Source of the DNA: an uncultured Bacteroidales bacterium | Lineage (GTDB): Bacteria > Bacteroidota > Bacteroidia > Bacteroidales > UBA1402 | Assembly: GCA_964411555.1 (NCBI GenBank) | Contig: CAYPLF010000001.1 | Location: 52,593 to 116,592, forward strand | Direction: 5' to 3' | Length of the DNA: 64,000 nt | Shown here: piece by piece, positions 50,107 through 58,860 of the stretch | Layout: each line of letters begins with the position of its first letter | How positions within the stretch are numbered: position 1 is the stretch's first letter | Position numbers and translations under genes: made by a program | Notes under the pieces: model-generated | Databases searched by the model: none | Told to the model about the DNA's origin: nothing | Seen by the model: only the letters and a program-made list of their open reading frames with translations

Positions 50107-50952
50107 TTAGTTTGAATAGCTGGAAAAACGCGCCATGACGCGGTCCGCATACGTTTTTGATACGGGAATGTCAGGAATGTTTTCCTGATCGATACCCAGG
50201 TATATCCCATCTTTGTCTTTTCGGAGAACTTTTACCTTGTCAAAGTTGATCATGACTGAACGGTTGCACCGCACAAGAGCTGTTTTTGAAAGATTTACTT
50301 CCATTATTTTCAGAGAGTTCCTTATCATGAAGGAGGAAACTTTTCCCTTGTTCAAGTAGTGGATTTTGACGTAGTTGTCGGCTGCTTCCAACCAAAGCAC
50401 CTGATCGGCTTGTACAGACAATTTCAGCTCATTTTTTTCATCAAAAAAGTTGATCATGTTCTTTATGGATGGATCTGTTCCGGGTTCATCATTGCTCATC
50501 TTTTCCAATTTACCGGCATTGTCTTTCCAGGCGAAATACAGCCAAATGGTTGAATAGGGAAGCAGTAGGATAAGACCGGTGTTCAAGGCGGATTCCCGCA
50601 GCATTTCATTAAAGGCTCTCAGGTCATTGAGAAAGAGTTTCTCAAACAACGCGTAGAAGAGAGACATGGCGATGATTTCTCCCAAAATCCAAACGATATA
50701 ATGCCACAGCAGGATAGGGGATTTCTTGGCATGGTAGTACAGGATGATTCGACTGACAACCACAACCAATACACCGGTAAGAATAATCAGGCTGGTATAG
50801 ACAAAATACTTCAAGTCTGATACAGGATACCATTCCTGTGAACCGAACGGTTTGTAGATATTGATAAAGGCCAATGCAAACACTGCCGTATAAATGATCA
50901 GGCGAACAATGTTGCCCTTTTCGTACAAATATTCGGGTATTTTCTGGTTCAT
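50107..50952 (-). CDS. Membrane-anchored LytTR DNA-binding domain protein
   Basis: Track ORF starts at TTG 50985, inside the promoter element. Trimmed to ATG 50952 (MNQKIPEYLYEKGN). About 4 TM segments followed by a C-terminal LytTR-like domain (...YVKIHYLNKGKVSSFMIRNSLKIME...). Confidence 0.65.
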   Translation of the reverse strand: MNQKIPEYLYEKGNIVRLIIYTAVFALAFINIYKPFGSQEWYPVSDLKYFVYTSLIILTGVLVVVVSRIILYYHAKKSPILLWHYIVWILGEIIAMSLFYALFEKLFLNDLRAFNEMLRESALNTGLILLLPYSTIWLYFAWKDNAGKLEKMSNDEPGTDPSIKNMINFFDEKNELKLSVQADQVLWLEAADNYVKIHYLNKGKVSSFMIRNSLKIMEVNLSKTALVRCNRSVMINFDKVKVLRKDKDGIYLGIDQENIPDIPVSKTYADRVMARFSSYSN

Positions 50953-50982
50953 GGAGTTGTATATCGGCCTTAATCCGGAACG

Positions 50983-50990
50983 CAAAAATA
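50983..50990 (-). promoter_or_regulatory. -7 element TATTTTTG upstream of the LytTR-miaB cluster
   Basis: Exact match on the minus strand, 30 nt upstream of ATG 50952. Confidence 0.55.
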
Positions 50991-51074
50991 GCGCATATTA
51001 ACAGTAAAATCAATTTCTTTGCCATTCTTTTTACCCGTAAGGGTTTATCGCTTGCTTTTAATAATCAGAGTCGC

Positions 51075-51082
51075 TACATTTG
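51075..51082 (+). promoter_or_regulatory. -7 element TACATTTG upstream of the hypothetical membrane protein gene
   Basis: Exact match, 14 nt upstream of ATG 51097. Confidence 0.5.
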
Positions 51083-51096
51083 GGAAAAATAGCAGG

Positions 51097-51651
51097 ATGG
51101 ACTTAGGTGATTGGGTATTTTTGGGGATGGTGGCCATTTCCGGCATTGCTTCCATTTCAAAGATGGGGAAAAAGAAGGCCGCTCAACAATCGTCTCAGCA
51201 ACAGACCTTGGGTGAAGATACGAAATCGGATGCAGACGACTGGTTGAAAAATATCTTACGTGAAACAACAAAAGGGTTGGTTGACGCTGACGATTTCTTA
51301 CCCAAAAATGATCCAAAGCCCTCGGTTCATCGACCGGAGTTAGAAAAGTCTCAACCCTCCAATGGCGCTTATCCCAAAAACAAGGTAGATGCAAGCCGGC
51401 GCAATGCAAACGCTGAACAGTATCGTCGCAGCAACCAGAGTTTGGAAAGCACTTCGAGGCCTTTAGTAAGTTTGGAGGATACCAAGGTGGTGGAAGGCAA
51501 GGTGAGCCACACCGGACTGCATGGTTCAATGCCGTCTTCAATCATCGATTCAGTAGATCAATCCCCGCTTGATCCGGCGGATGACTTTAAAGATTCGGAT
51601 GAGGTAAGGAAGGCCATTATTTATGGCGAAATCATGCGTACGAAGTTTTGA
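51097..51651 (+). CDS. Hypothetical single-pass membrane protein with a long disordered tail
   Basis: Track ORF starts at TTG 51019. Trimmed to ATG 51097 (MDLGDWVFLGMVAISGIASI), 14 nt after TACATTTG (51075-51082). One TM helix, then a Ser/Gln/Asp/Lys-rich region. I recognise no family. Confidence 0.4.
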   Translation: MDLGDWVFLGMVAISGIASISKMGKKKAAQQSSQQQTLGEDTKSDADDWLKNILRETTKGLVDADDFLPKNDPKPSVHRPELEKSQPSNGAYPKNKVDASRRNANAEQYRRSNQSLESTSRPLVSLEDTKVVEGKVSHTGLHGSMPSSIIDSVDQSPLDPADDFKDSDEVRKAIIYGEIMRTKF

Positions 51652-51702
51652 TTCAACAGGCAAATCGCACGGATTTGTTTATGTTATTCGTTTGTTTTTT
51701 TG

Positions 51703-51710
51703 TACTTTTG
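51703..51710 (+). promoter_or_regulatory. -7 element TACTTTTG upstream of the CoA-transferase gene
   Basis: Exact match, 21 nt upstream of ATG 51732. Confidence 0.6.
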
Positions 51711-51731
51711 CGGTGCAAAAAAAACAAGCAT

Positions 51732-53213
51732 ATGTCCTATCGCATTATTTCTGCTGAAGAAGCAGCCTCATTTGTCAAAAACGGTGACCTTGTAGGTTTT
51801 AGTGGTTTTACACCAGCCGGTTGTCCCAAAGTAGTATCCAAGGCTATAGCCGCGAAGGCTGTCGTTGAACACGAAGCCGGTCGTGAGTTCAAAATAGGAA
51901 TGTTCACCGGTGCTTCTACCGGTGATTCACTGGATGGAGAACTGGCACGGGCCAATGCAGTCAAGTTCCGTACTCCCTATCAATCGAACAAAGATTTGCG
52001 TGGAAACTTGAACTCCGGTAAAGCCGAATATTTTGACATGCACCTGTCCACCATTTCACAGGAACTTCGTTATGGTTTTCTGGGCAAAGTGAATGTTGCC
52101 ATTTTGGAAGTTGCAGATTATTCAGAAAACGGAGAGCTGCTACTTACATCAGGGGTGGGCATTTCTCCTACGATAGCACATTTAGCCGACATCATCATTC
52201 TGGAGCACAATACCCTTCACCCGAAGTTCATCAAAGGCCTTCATGATATTTATGAACCTTTGGATCCTCCTTATCGTCGGGAAATTGGCGTATATACACC
52301 TTCCGATCGCATCGGTAGTCCATTATTGAAAGTTGATCCTTCCAAAGTTGTAGGTGTGGTTGAGACCAAACTGCCTGACCAAGTGTCAGGTTTTACTCCT
52401 GCTGACGAAGTTACCACTACGGTTGGAAACCGCGTTGCCGAATTTTTGGTAGGAGAAATGAAAGCAGGTCGCATACCGGCCAGTTTCCTACCCATCCAAT
52501 CGGGTGTAGGTAATATTGCCAATGCAGTATTGGGCGCTTTGGGTTCCAATCCGGGCATTCCTCCCTTTATGATGTACACCGAGGTAATTCAAGATGCAGT
52601 GATTGAACTGATGCGAAACGGTGATGTCAAATTTGCAAGCGGATGTTCACTGACCATCTCTCCCGATATATTACAGTCTGTCTACAAGGATTGGGATTTC
52701 TTCAAGGACAAATTGGTGCTCAGACCACAGGAGATTTCAAACAGTCCCGAAGTGGCCCGTCGCATGGGTTTGATTACCATCAACACCGCTCTTGAGGCTG
52801 ATATTTTCGGTAATGTGAACTCCACGCACGTATTGGGAACAAAGATGATGAACGGTATCGGAGGCTCAGGCGACTTTACGCGCAACGCTTACCTGTCCAT
52901 CTTTACTTGTCCTTCTGTGGCAAAAGGTGGTATGATCAGCGCCATTGTGCCTATGGTCTCTCATCAGGACCACAATGAACATTCCGTCAAGGTGCTGATA
53001 ACTGAACAAGGGGTAGCCGACTTAAGGGCAAAATCACCGGTTCAACGTGCGGAAACAATCATAGAAAATTGTGTTCACCCCGATTACAAGCAATTGATGT
53101 GGGATTACCTGAAGCTGAGCAAGAGCGGACATACGCCTCACAGTTTGGCATCGGGACACGCACTTCACCTGGAGTTTATGAAATCGGGCGATATGCGAAA
53201 CACGAAATTCTAA
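51732..53213 (+). CDS. Acetyl-CoA hydrolase/transferase family enzyme (succinate/propionate CoA-transferase type)
   Basis: Track ORF trimmed to ATG 51732 (MSYRIISAEEAASFVKNGDLVGFSGFTPAGCPK), 21 nt after TACTTTTG. Conserved GIGGSGDF motif. Confidence 0.85.
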   Translation: MSYRIISAEEAASFVKNGDLVGFSGFTPAGCPKVVSKAIAAKAVVEHEAGREFKIGMFTGASTGDSLDGELARANAVKFRTPYQSNKDLRGNLNSGKAEYFDMHLSTISQELRYGFLGKVNVAILEVADYSENGELLLTSGVGISPTIAHLADIIILEHNTLHPKFIKGLHDIYEPLDPPYRREIGVYTPSDRIGSPLLKVDPSKVVGVVETKLPDQVSGFTPADEVTTTVGNRVAEFLVGEMKAGRIPASFLPIQSGVGNIANAVLGALGSNPGIPPFMMYTEVIQDAVIELMRNGDVKFASGCSLTISPDILQSVYKDWDFFKDKLVLRPQEISNSPEVARRMGLITINTALEADIFGNVNSTHVLGTKMMNGIGGSGDFTRNAYLSIFTCPSVAKGGMISAIVPMVSHQDHNEHSVKVLITEQGVADLRAKSPVQRAETIIENCVHPDYKQLMWDYLKLSKSGHTPHSLASGHALHLEFMKSGDMRNTKF

Positions 53214-53243
53214 CACTTAACGGTCAACCTATTGGTTTGAGCC

Positions 53244-53780
53244 ATGCTTTCGAAAAAACACGTGTTCCTAATTGGGTTTATGGGATCCGGAAAGACCACC
53301 ATCGGACGGATGCTTTCGACAGCGACAAACCTGCCATTTGTCGATCTTGACCAAACAATAGAAAGCAAACATGGCAAAACCGTTTCAGCTATTTTTGATG
53401 CAGTGGGAGAGGCCGCCTTTCGTGAAATGGAACGGCGTGCCCTGCTCGACTGCGAAAAAGAAACGGCTGGTATTATTTCTACCGGCGGTGGTATTCCTTG
53501 CTACTTTGACAATATGGACGTGATGAAGCAGATGGGGATCACAATTTATTTGAAGGCTTCACCACATGAACTGGCAATACGATTGAGTAATACTGCTGTT
53601 TCTCGCCCCTTGCTAAAAGGCGTGGATTATCAGCACCTACCTGCGCATATTGAAGCGATGTTATCGAAACGGGAACCGTTCTACCGGATGGCAGATCAAG
53701 TGCTTGAGACAGACGGGCTGTCTGATGAAGCCGTCTTGCAGCGTTGTTTGGAACTAATTCAGGTTGCCAGAGAACAATAG
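53244..53780 (+). CDS. aroK: Shikimate kinase
   Basis: 178 aa. Walker A GFMGSGKTT and STGGG motif. Confidence 0.9.
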   Translation: MLSKKHVFLIGFMGSGKTTIGRMLSTATNLPFVDLDQTIESKHGKTVSAIFDAVGEAAFREMERRALLDCEKETAGIISTGGGIPCYFDNMDVMKQMGITIYLKASPHELAIRLSNTAVSRPLLKGVDYQHLPAHIEAMLSKREPFYRMADQVLETDGLSDEAVLQRCLELIQVAREQ

Positions 53781-53788
53781 TCTACCCT

Positions 53789-55318
53789 TCACATCCAAGA
53801 AGATTTATCCAAGCTACGGTATTGAATGGCCTCAGCCACATGTTCCGCATGAATGGTCGAACAGTCAGCCAAATCAGCTATGGTTCTGGCCAGTTTGAGA
53901 ATCCGATCGTAAGCTCTGGCCGAGAAACGCAGTCGGCGCATCGCTTCTTGCAGGAGTAACGCGCTTTGCCTGTCAAGTGAAGCAAACTGTTGAACTTGTC
54001 TGGGAATCATCATGGCGTTGCAATGGGTGCCATCAACACCAGCAAACCGCTTTTCCTGATAATTTCTTGCCATCACGACGCGTTCCTGTATGCTTTTACT
54101 TGACTCACCCGCGTGTAACGTTCCGATTTTTTCAACCGATACCGGAGTAATTTCAAGTTGGACATCAATACGGTCCAAAAGGGGTCCAGATAACTTGTTC
54201 ATGTACTGTCGAATGTGTCCGGGAGTACAGACACAAGGCTGATTCGGATCATTAAAGTGTCCACAGGGGCATGGATTCATTGAAGCAACCAACATGAAGT
54301 TTGCCGGATAAGCAACACTGTACTGCGCTCTGGAAATATGGATGATTCTGTCTTCAAGCGGTTGCCTCAATGATTCAAGCACGCTACGATTGAATTCAGG
54401 CAATTCGTCCAGAAATAAAACGCCATTATGTGCAAGTGAAATTTCTCCCGGTTGTGGTTTGGACCCTCCACCAATCAAGGCAATATTGCTGGTGCTGTGA
54501 TGGGGAGAACGGAAAGGTCTGATGCAGACAAGTCCGCCGGTTGACATGGTTTTGCCTGCAACGGAATGGATCACGGTTGTTTCCAACATTTCTCGTTGGC
54601 TCATGGGAGGAAGAATGGAAGGTATACGTTTTGCCATCATGGTTTTTCCGGCTCCCGGTGGGCCTAACAACAACACATTGTGACCACCGGCACATGCCAC
54701 TTCGATGGCCCTGATTTCGGCCTCCATGCCTTTTACGTCACCAAAATCCAGGTATGAAGAATCGAAATGGGTAACATTCATCGATTCATTCCGTTGCACA
54801 GCTGCTACATTCTCACCTTTCAGTAAATCAATAACTTGCTTCAAATGGTTAACGCCATACACCTTCAATCCTTCTACAACAGCAGCCTCTTGACCATTTG
54901 CTTGTGGTAAAACCAATCGCTCCATGCCCATACCTTTGGCCAATAAAGCGACAGGCAATCCGCCTTTGATGGGACGAAGCGAACCATCAAGAGATAGCTC
55001 ACCCAAGAACAAGGTTAAATCCAGCGAAGCCGGATCTATGTATCCTCCTGCAGCCATGATGCCCATTGCCAAGGGCAAATCATACAGACTGCCCTCTTTT
55101 TTCATATCAGCTGGAGCCATGTTGATGGTAATCTGATGTCTGGGTAAGTCCATCCCGTTGTTACGTAAGGCTGAGACAATGCGTTCGTGACTTTCGCGAA
55201 CGGCATTGTCGGGAAGACCGACCAAGGTGAAGCGTATGCCCCTTGACAGTTCAACTTCTATTCGTACAGGCTTTGCTTCAATTCCAATGATAGCAGCACT
55301 GGTTACTTGTACCAACAT
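53789..55318 (-). CDS. comM: YifB/ComM-family Mg-chelatase-like AAA+ ATPase
   Basis: Track ORF trimmed to ATG 55318 (MLVQVTSAAIIGIEA...). Lon-protease-like N-domain, Walker A GPPGAGKT, GVLFLDELPEF. Confidence 0.9.
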   Translation of the reverse strand: MLVQVTSAAIIGIEAKPVRIEVELSRGIRFTLVGLPDNAVRESHERIVSALRNNGMDLPRHQITINMAPADMKKEGSLYDLPLAMGIMAAGGYIDPASLDLTLFLGELSLDGSLRPIKGGLPVALLAKGMGMERLVLPQANGQEAAVVEGLKVYGVNHLKQVIDLLKGENVAAVQRNESMNVTHFDSSYLDFGDVKGMEAEIRAIEVACAGGHNVLLLGPPGAGKTMMAKRIPSILPPMSQREMLETTVIHSVAGKTMSTGGLVCIRPFRSPHHSTSNIALIGGGSKPQPGEISLAHNGVLFLDELPEFNRSVLESLRQPLEDRIIHISRAQYSVAYPANFMLVASMNPCPCGHFNDPNQPCVCTPGHIRQYMNKLSGPLLDRIDVQLEITPVSVEKIGTLHAGESSKSIQERVVMARNYQEKRFAGVDGTHCNAMMIPRQVQQFASLDRQSALLLQEAMRRLRFSARAYDRILKLARTIADLADCSTIHAEHVAEAIQYRSLDKSSWM

Positions 55319-55376
55319 GTTTTTTGTTGGCAAAATAAACATAAAATAAATAAAAAGAAAATAAAAGGTAAATAAT

Positions 55377-56045
55377 TTACCACTCGGTCAATCCCTGAAG
55401 CAATCGTTCAGCCAAGCGGCATTTTTTTGCGTCACCCTCAAGTAAGGAGAGTAGTTCCTCCGTGTTTGGATCATAATCCTGATAGAAGAAATCCTGTATC
55501 AGTACAACACTGGCTACAGAAGTTGGGTGTTCAAGGATGAATTCTTTTGCCTTTCGTTTAAGAATAAGATTGATTTCAGCTAGACGCATTTCGATGGATT
55601 GACCGTCGTTTATATACCGCCCCTCGATGATTTGTTGGCGCTCCAGGTAAAGGAGGCTGATATCTTTTTTGAATCGGGTCAGATCATTGTTTACGGCCCC
55701 ACCACGTACCGTCAACAAATCAATGCGCTCTATATTGCCTATAACCTGTATAACATCACCCTCTTTGGCAAACAAGGTGGTCCAATCTTTTGAATCTGGG
55801 AAAAAGAGGGTAACAGGATTGACTTCGTTGGTTCCAGGAATGGAAAACTTGAATTTTCCTGATTCTGTCGAATAAATGGAATCGTAAGCAATAGTATGAT
55901 CGTCAATGTAATACGAAAGCAGAATCATTGTTCGACCCAAATGATGAATCTGCCCATCCACCTTTATCTGACGAGACTCTGTCAATGAGCAGGAACTCAT
56001 TAAGACTAGACAGAGCGCAACGGTAAACGTGGTTTTTAAAGGCAT
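55377..56045 (-). CDS. DUF4369-like lipoprotein (no thioredoxin domain attached)
   Basis: 222 aa with lipoprotein signal LVLMSSCS. The N-terminal beta-rich segment resembles the DUF4369 modules that often precede TlpA-like domains. The assignment is from memory only. Confidence 0.45.
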   Translation of the reverse strand: MPLKTTFTVALCLVLMSSCSLTESRQIKVDGQIHHLGRTMILLSYYIDDHTIAYDSIYSTESGKFKFSIPGTNEVNPVTLFFPDSKDWTTLFAKEGDVIQVIGNIERIDLLTVRGGAVNNDLTRFKKDISLLYLERQQIIEGRYINDGQSIEMRLAEINLILKRKAKEFILEHPTSVASVVLIQDFFYQDYDPNTEELLSLLEGDAKKCRLAERLLQGLTEW

Positions 56046-56220
56046 AGCATATGTTAATATGTGTCAGAAATACAAAAAATAGTTTAATTACACAACGGCT
56101 TTACACATTGAGCACCTTGTCTTAGACTGATAGACCATGAAAAAGTTAACTCTAAGCAATAGACATAACTAAAATTATGATATTTAAATAATACTAAAGT
56201 GTGTTTAAAAAGATGTAGAT

Positions 56221-56259
56221 AAAAAAAGAGAGCGCTCGGCTTGTGCCCGGCGCTCTCTT
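56221..56259 (-). terminator. Rho-independent terminator downstream of pckA
   Basis: On the minus strand, a 10-bp stem (56226-56235 pairs with 56250-56259, aagagagcgc/gcgctctctt) plus an inner cgg/ccg extension is followed by a T7 run (complement of 56221-56227). It lies 25 nt after the pckA stop. Confidence 0.8.
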
Positions 56260-56283
56260 AGTGGAGTTATGAACGAATGAAAA

Positions 56284-57873
56284 TTACAATTGAGGTCCTG
56301 AAGGAATCAAGGCAATAGCGGCATCGTTGTCGCAGTATTGCTTGAAGTTCTCAATGTACATACCCGCCAGTTTTTTGGCTTTAGTTTCCCATTCGGCAAC
56401 ATCGGAGTACGTGCTGCGTGGATCGAGAATGTCGGAGACACCTTCCAGTTTGACAGGAACGGTCAGGTTCATGATGGGAATGTGCTTGGTTTGGGCTTTT
56501 TCAATGGAACCATCGATGATGGCATCGATGATGGCGCGAGTGTCCTTGAGCGACATACGCTTGCCTGTACCATTCCAACCGGTATTTACCAGATAAGCTT
56601 TGGCGTTGTTTTCTTTCATCTTCTTGACCAAGGTGCTGGCATACATTGTAGGATGCAAGGTCAGGAAGGCTTCACCGAAAGCAGGTGAGAAAGAAGGAAC
56701 GGGTTCAGTGATACCACGTTCGGTACCGGCCAACTTGGAAGTAAAGCCGCAGAGGAAGTGGTATTGAGCCTGGTTTTCATCGAGGATGGAAACGGGAGGC
56801 AATACGCCGAATGCATCAGCTGACAAGTAGATAATTTTGTTGGCATGACCGGCGCGTGAAGGCAACACAATCTTGCTGATGTGGTAGATGGGGTAGGAAA
56901 CGCGGGTGTTTTCCGTTACTGAACCATCTGAGTAGTCAATGTTACCGTTATCGTCAACCGTAACGTTTTCGAGCAGCGCGTCACGCTTGATGGCACGCCA
57001 GATGTCCGGTTCTTTGTCTTCAGCCAGGTCGATCACCTTGGCATAGCAACCTCCTTCGTAGTTGAATACGCCGTGGTCGTCCCAGCCGTGTTCGTCATCA
57101 CCAATCAAAAAACGTTTCGGGTCAGCAGACAAGGTGGTTTTCCCGGTTCCGGAAAGACCGAAGAAAACGGCTACGTCACCATCCGTACCTACATTGGCGG
57201 AGCAGTGCATGGAAGCAATACCGCGTTGGGGCAGGTAATAGTTCATCAATGCAAAGATGCCTTTCTTCATTTCACCACCGTACCAGGTTCCACCAATAAC
57301 CTGCATATGGGTAGTCAGGTTGAATAAGGTGAAGTTTTCAGAATTCAAACCTTGTTCTTTCCAGTTCGGGTTGGTGGTCTTTGAGCCATTCAGGCAAACA
57401 AAATCGGGCTCTCCGTAATTGGCCAATTCATAGTGTGAAGGACGGATAAACATGTTGGTCACGAAATGAGCCTGCCAGGCAACTTCCATGATGAAACGCA
57501 CTTTCATGCGGGTATCTTCATTGGTACCGCAGAAGGTATCAACAACGTAGATCTTTTTAGATGACGACAATTGTTTGGTTACCAAATTCTTGCAGTGTTC
57601 AAACACTTCAGGAGTGGTTGGTCTGTTAATGGTACCGTCCCACCACAATGTTTTTTCGGTGCTGGCATCTTTGACAAAGTATTTGTCTTTGGGTGAACGA
57701 CCGGTGAATTTGCCGGTGTAAACAGCTGTTGCACCACTCTTGGTCAAGTTTGCTTTTTCAAAACCTTGGTTTGCAGGATTCATTTCATCCTGAAACAATA
57801 CTTCATAGGAAGGATTGTGTACAACTTCGAAGTCTCCCGCGATGCCGTACTTGCTCAAATCTAATTGCGCCAT
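56284..57873 (-). CDS. pckA: Phosphoenolpyruvate carboxykinase (ATP)
   Basis: 529 aa. Kinase-1a [19 protein letters not shown], and a typical N-terminus. High-GC codon usage suggests high expression. Confidence 0.95.
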   Translation of the reverse strand: MAQLDLSKYGIAGDFEVVHNPSYEVLFQDEMNPANQGFEKANLTKSGATAVYTGKFTGRSPKDKYFVKDASTEKTLWWDGTINRPTTPEVFEHCKNLVTKQLSSSKKIYVVDTFCGTNEDTRMKVRFIMEVAWQAHFVTNMFIRPSHYELANYGEPDFVCLNGSKTTNPNWKEQGLNSENFTLFNLTTHMQVIGGTWYGGEMKKGIFALMNYYLPQRGIASMHCSANVGTDGDVAVFFGLSGTGKTTLSADPKRFLIGDDEHGWDDHGVFNYEGGCYAKVIDLAEDKEPDIWRAIKRDALLENVTVDDNGNIDYSDGSVTENTRVSYPIYHISKIVLPSRAGHANKIIYLSADAFGVLPPVSILDENQAQYHFLCGFTSKLAGTERGITEPVPSFSPAFGEAFLTLHPTMYASTLVKKMKENNAKAYLVNTGWNGTGKRMSLKDTRAIIDAIIDGSIEKAQTKHIPIMNLTVPVKLEGVSDILDPRSTYSDVAEWETKAKKLAGMYIENFKQYCDNDAAIALIPSGPQL

Positions 57874-57946
57874 TGTGAGTAAAATTGATTTTATTTAACT
57901 GATTTAACTAATCCTCTGTACATTGAAAACCTTCTATTCCAAGGGA

Positions 57947-57954
57947 CAAAAATA
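57947..57954 (-). promoter_or_regulatory. -7 element TATTTTTG upstream of pckA
   Basis: Exact match on the minus strand, 73 nt upstream of ATG 57873. This implies a leader of about 65 nt. Confidence 0.45.
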
Positions 57955-58075
57955 CGAAAAAAAACCATATAACCCCCAATAATTAAAGAAATTTTTCTTT
58001 ATTTGACAAATTAACACTTTTTTGCATGTTTACGTAAGTAAATATCCGGTTTTGATGTAAAACAGGCACTTTTTG

Positions 58076-58083
58076 TATCTTTG
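58076..58083 (+). promoter_or_regulatory. -7 element TATCTTTG upstream of upp
   Basis: Exact match, 24 nt upstream of ATG 58108. A TTTG lies at 58050-58053, at about the right spacing for a -33 element. Confidence 0.6.
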
Positions 58084-58107
58084 ATGACAAACTAAGCAAA
58101 AAAAGGT

Positions 58108-58758
58108 ATGACCATCATTGATTTTTCCGATAGTCATTCACTGATGAACCAATACCTCCTGGAGGTTAGAGAGGTGAGCCTCCAACAAGACAGTATGCGC
58201 TTTCGGCGCAATTTGGAACGAATCGGTGAAATCATGGCCTATGAAATAAGCAAGACATTGGTATATTCTTCAAAAGAAGTGACAACTCCCCTCGGCACGT
58301 CACGGGTGGATACTATTGACGATAGCATTGTTTTATCTACTGTCCTTAGGGCCGGCCTTCCTTTTCATCAGGGTTTTCTGAATTACTTCGATCAGGCGGA
58401 AAACGCCTTTGTCTCAGCCTACAGAAAGTACGAAGATTTACACTCGTTTGACGTTCAAGTGGAATACATTGCCTCTCCTACGCTAGAAGGGAAAACGCTG
58501 ATTCTCGTAGACCCCATGTTGGCCACCGGTTTATCACTCGAGCTAGCGTATAAGGCACTATTATCTAGGGGAAAACCTGCGCATGTCCATGTGGCATCCA
58601 TTATTGCCAGCAGACAAGGTATAAACTATTTGTCAAAGCAAATGCCGGAGATTGACATGCTGTGGTGTGGAGCCATCGACCCTGATTTGGATGCACATTC
58701 TTACATTGTTCCGGGATTGGGAGATGCAGGTGATTTGGCTTTTGGGGAAAAGCTCTGA
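58108..58758 (+). CDS. upp: Uracil phosphoribosyltransferase
   Basis: 216 aa. PRPP-binding motif LILVDPMLATG and C-terminal PGLGDAGD. Confidence 0.9.
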   Translation: MTIIDFSDSHSLMNQYLLEVREVSLQQDSMRFRRNLERIGEIMAYEISKTLVYSSKEVTTPLGTSRVDTIDDSIVLSTVLRAGLPFHQGFLNYFDQAENAFVSAYRKYEDLHSFDVQVEYIASPTLEGKTLILVDPMLATGLSLELAYKALLSRGKPAHVHVASIIASRQGINYLSKQMPEIDMLWCGAIDPDLDAHSYIVPGLGDAGDLAFGEKL

Positions 58759-58860
58759 GATTGTGCAAGCGAGTAGCAAATACGGAAAATTTTCTTTATT
58801 TGATAAAAAATGGGAGAATTATACTTATTTTAGCAAAAAAACAATAGCACTTCCATACGA

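Noticed and set aside
56046-56220. A 175-nt AT-rich spacer between the pckA terminator and the DUF4369 gene start, as a possible sRNA or small-protein locus (10-codon ORF at 56139-56171).
   Set aside because: I see no convincing promoter and terminator pair or stable structure. The ORF is tiny and unremarkable. The region most likely just houses the DUF4369/comM promoter.
58826-58833. TATTTTAG as the nqrA -7 promoter element.
   Set aside because: It has one mismatch to TAnnTTTG at a conserved position. Alternatives nearby are equally imperfect, so it is not reported as a feature.
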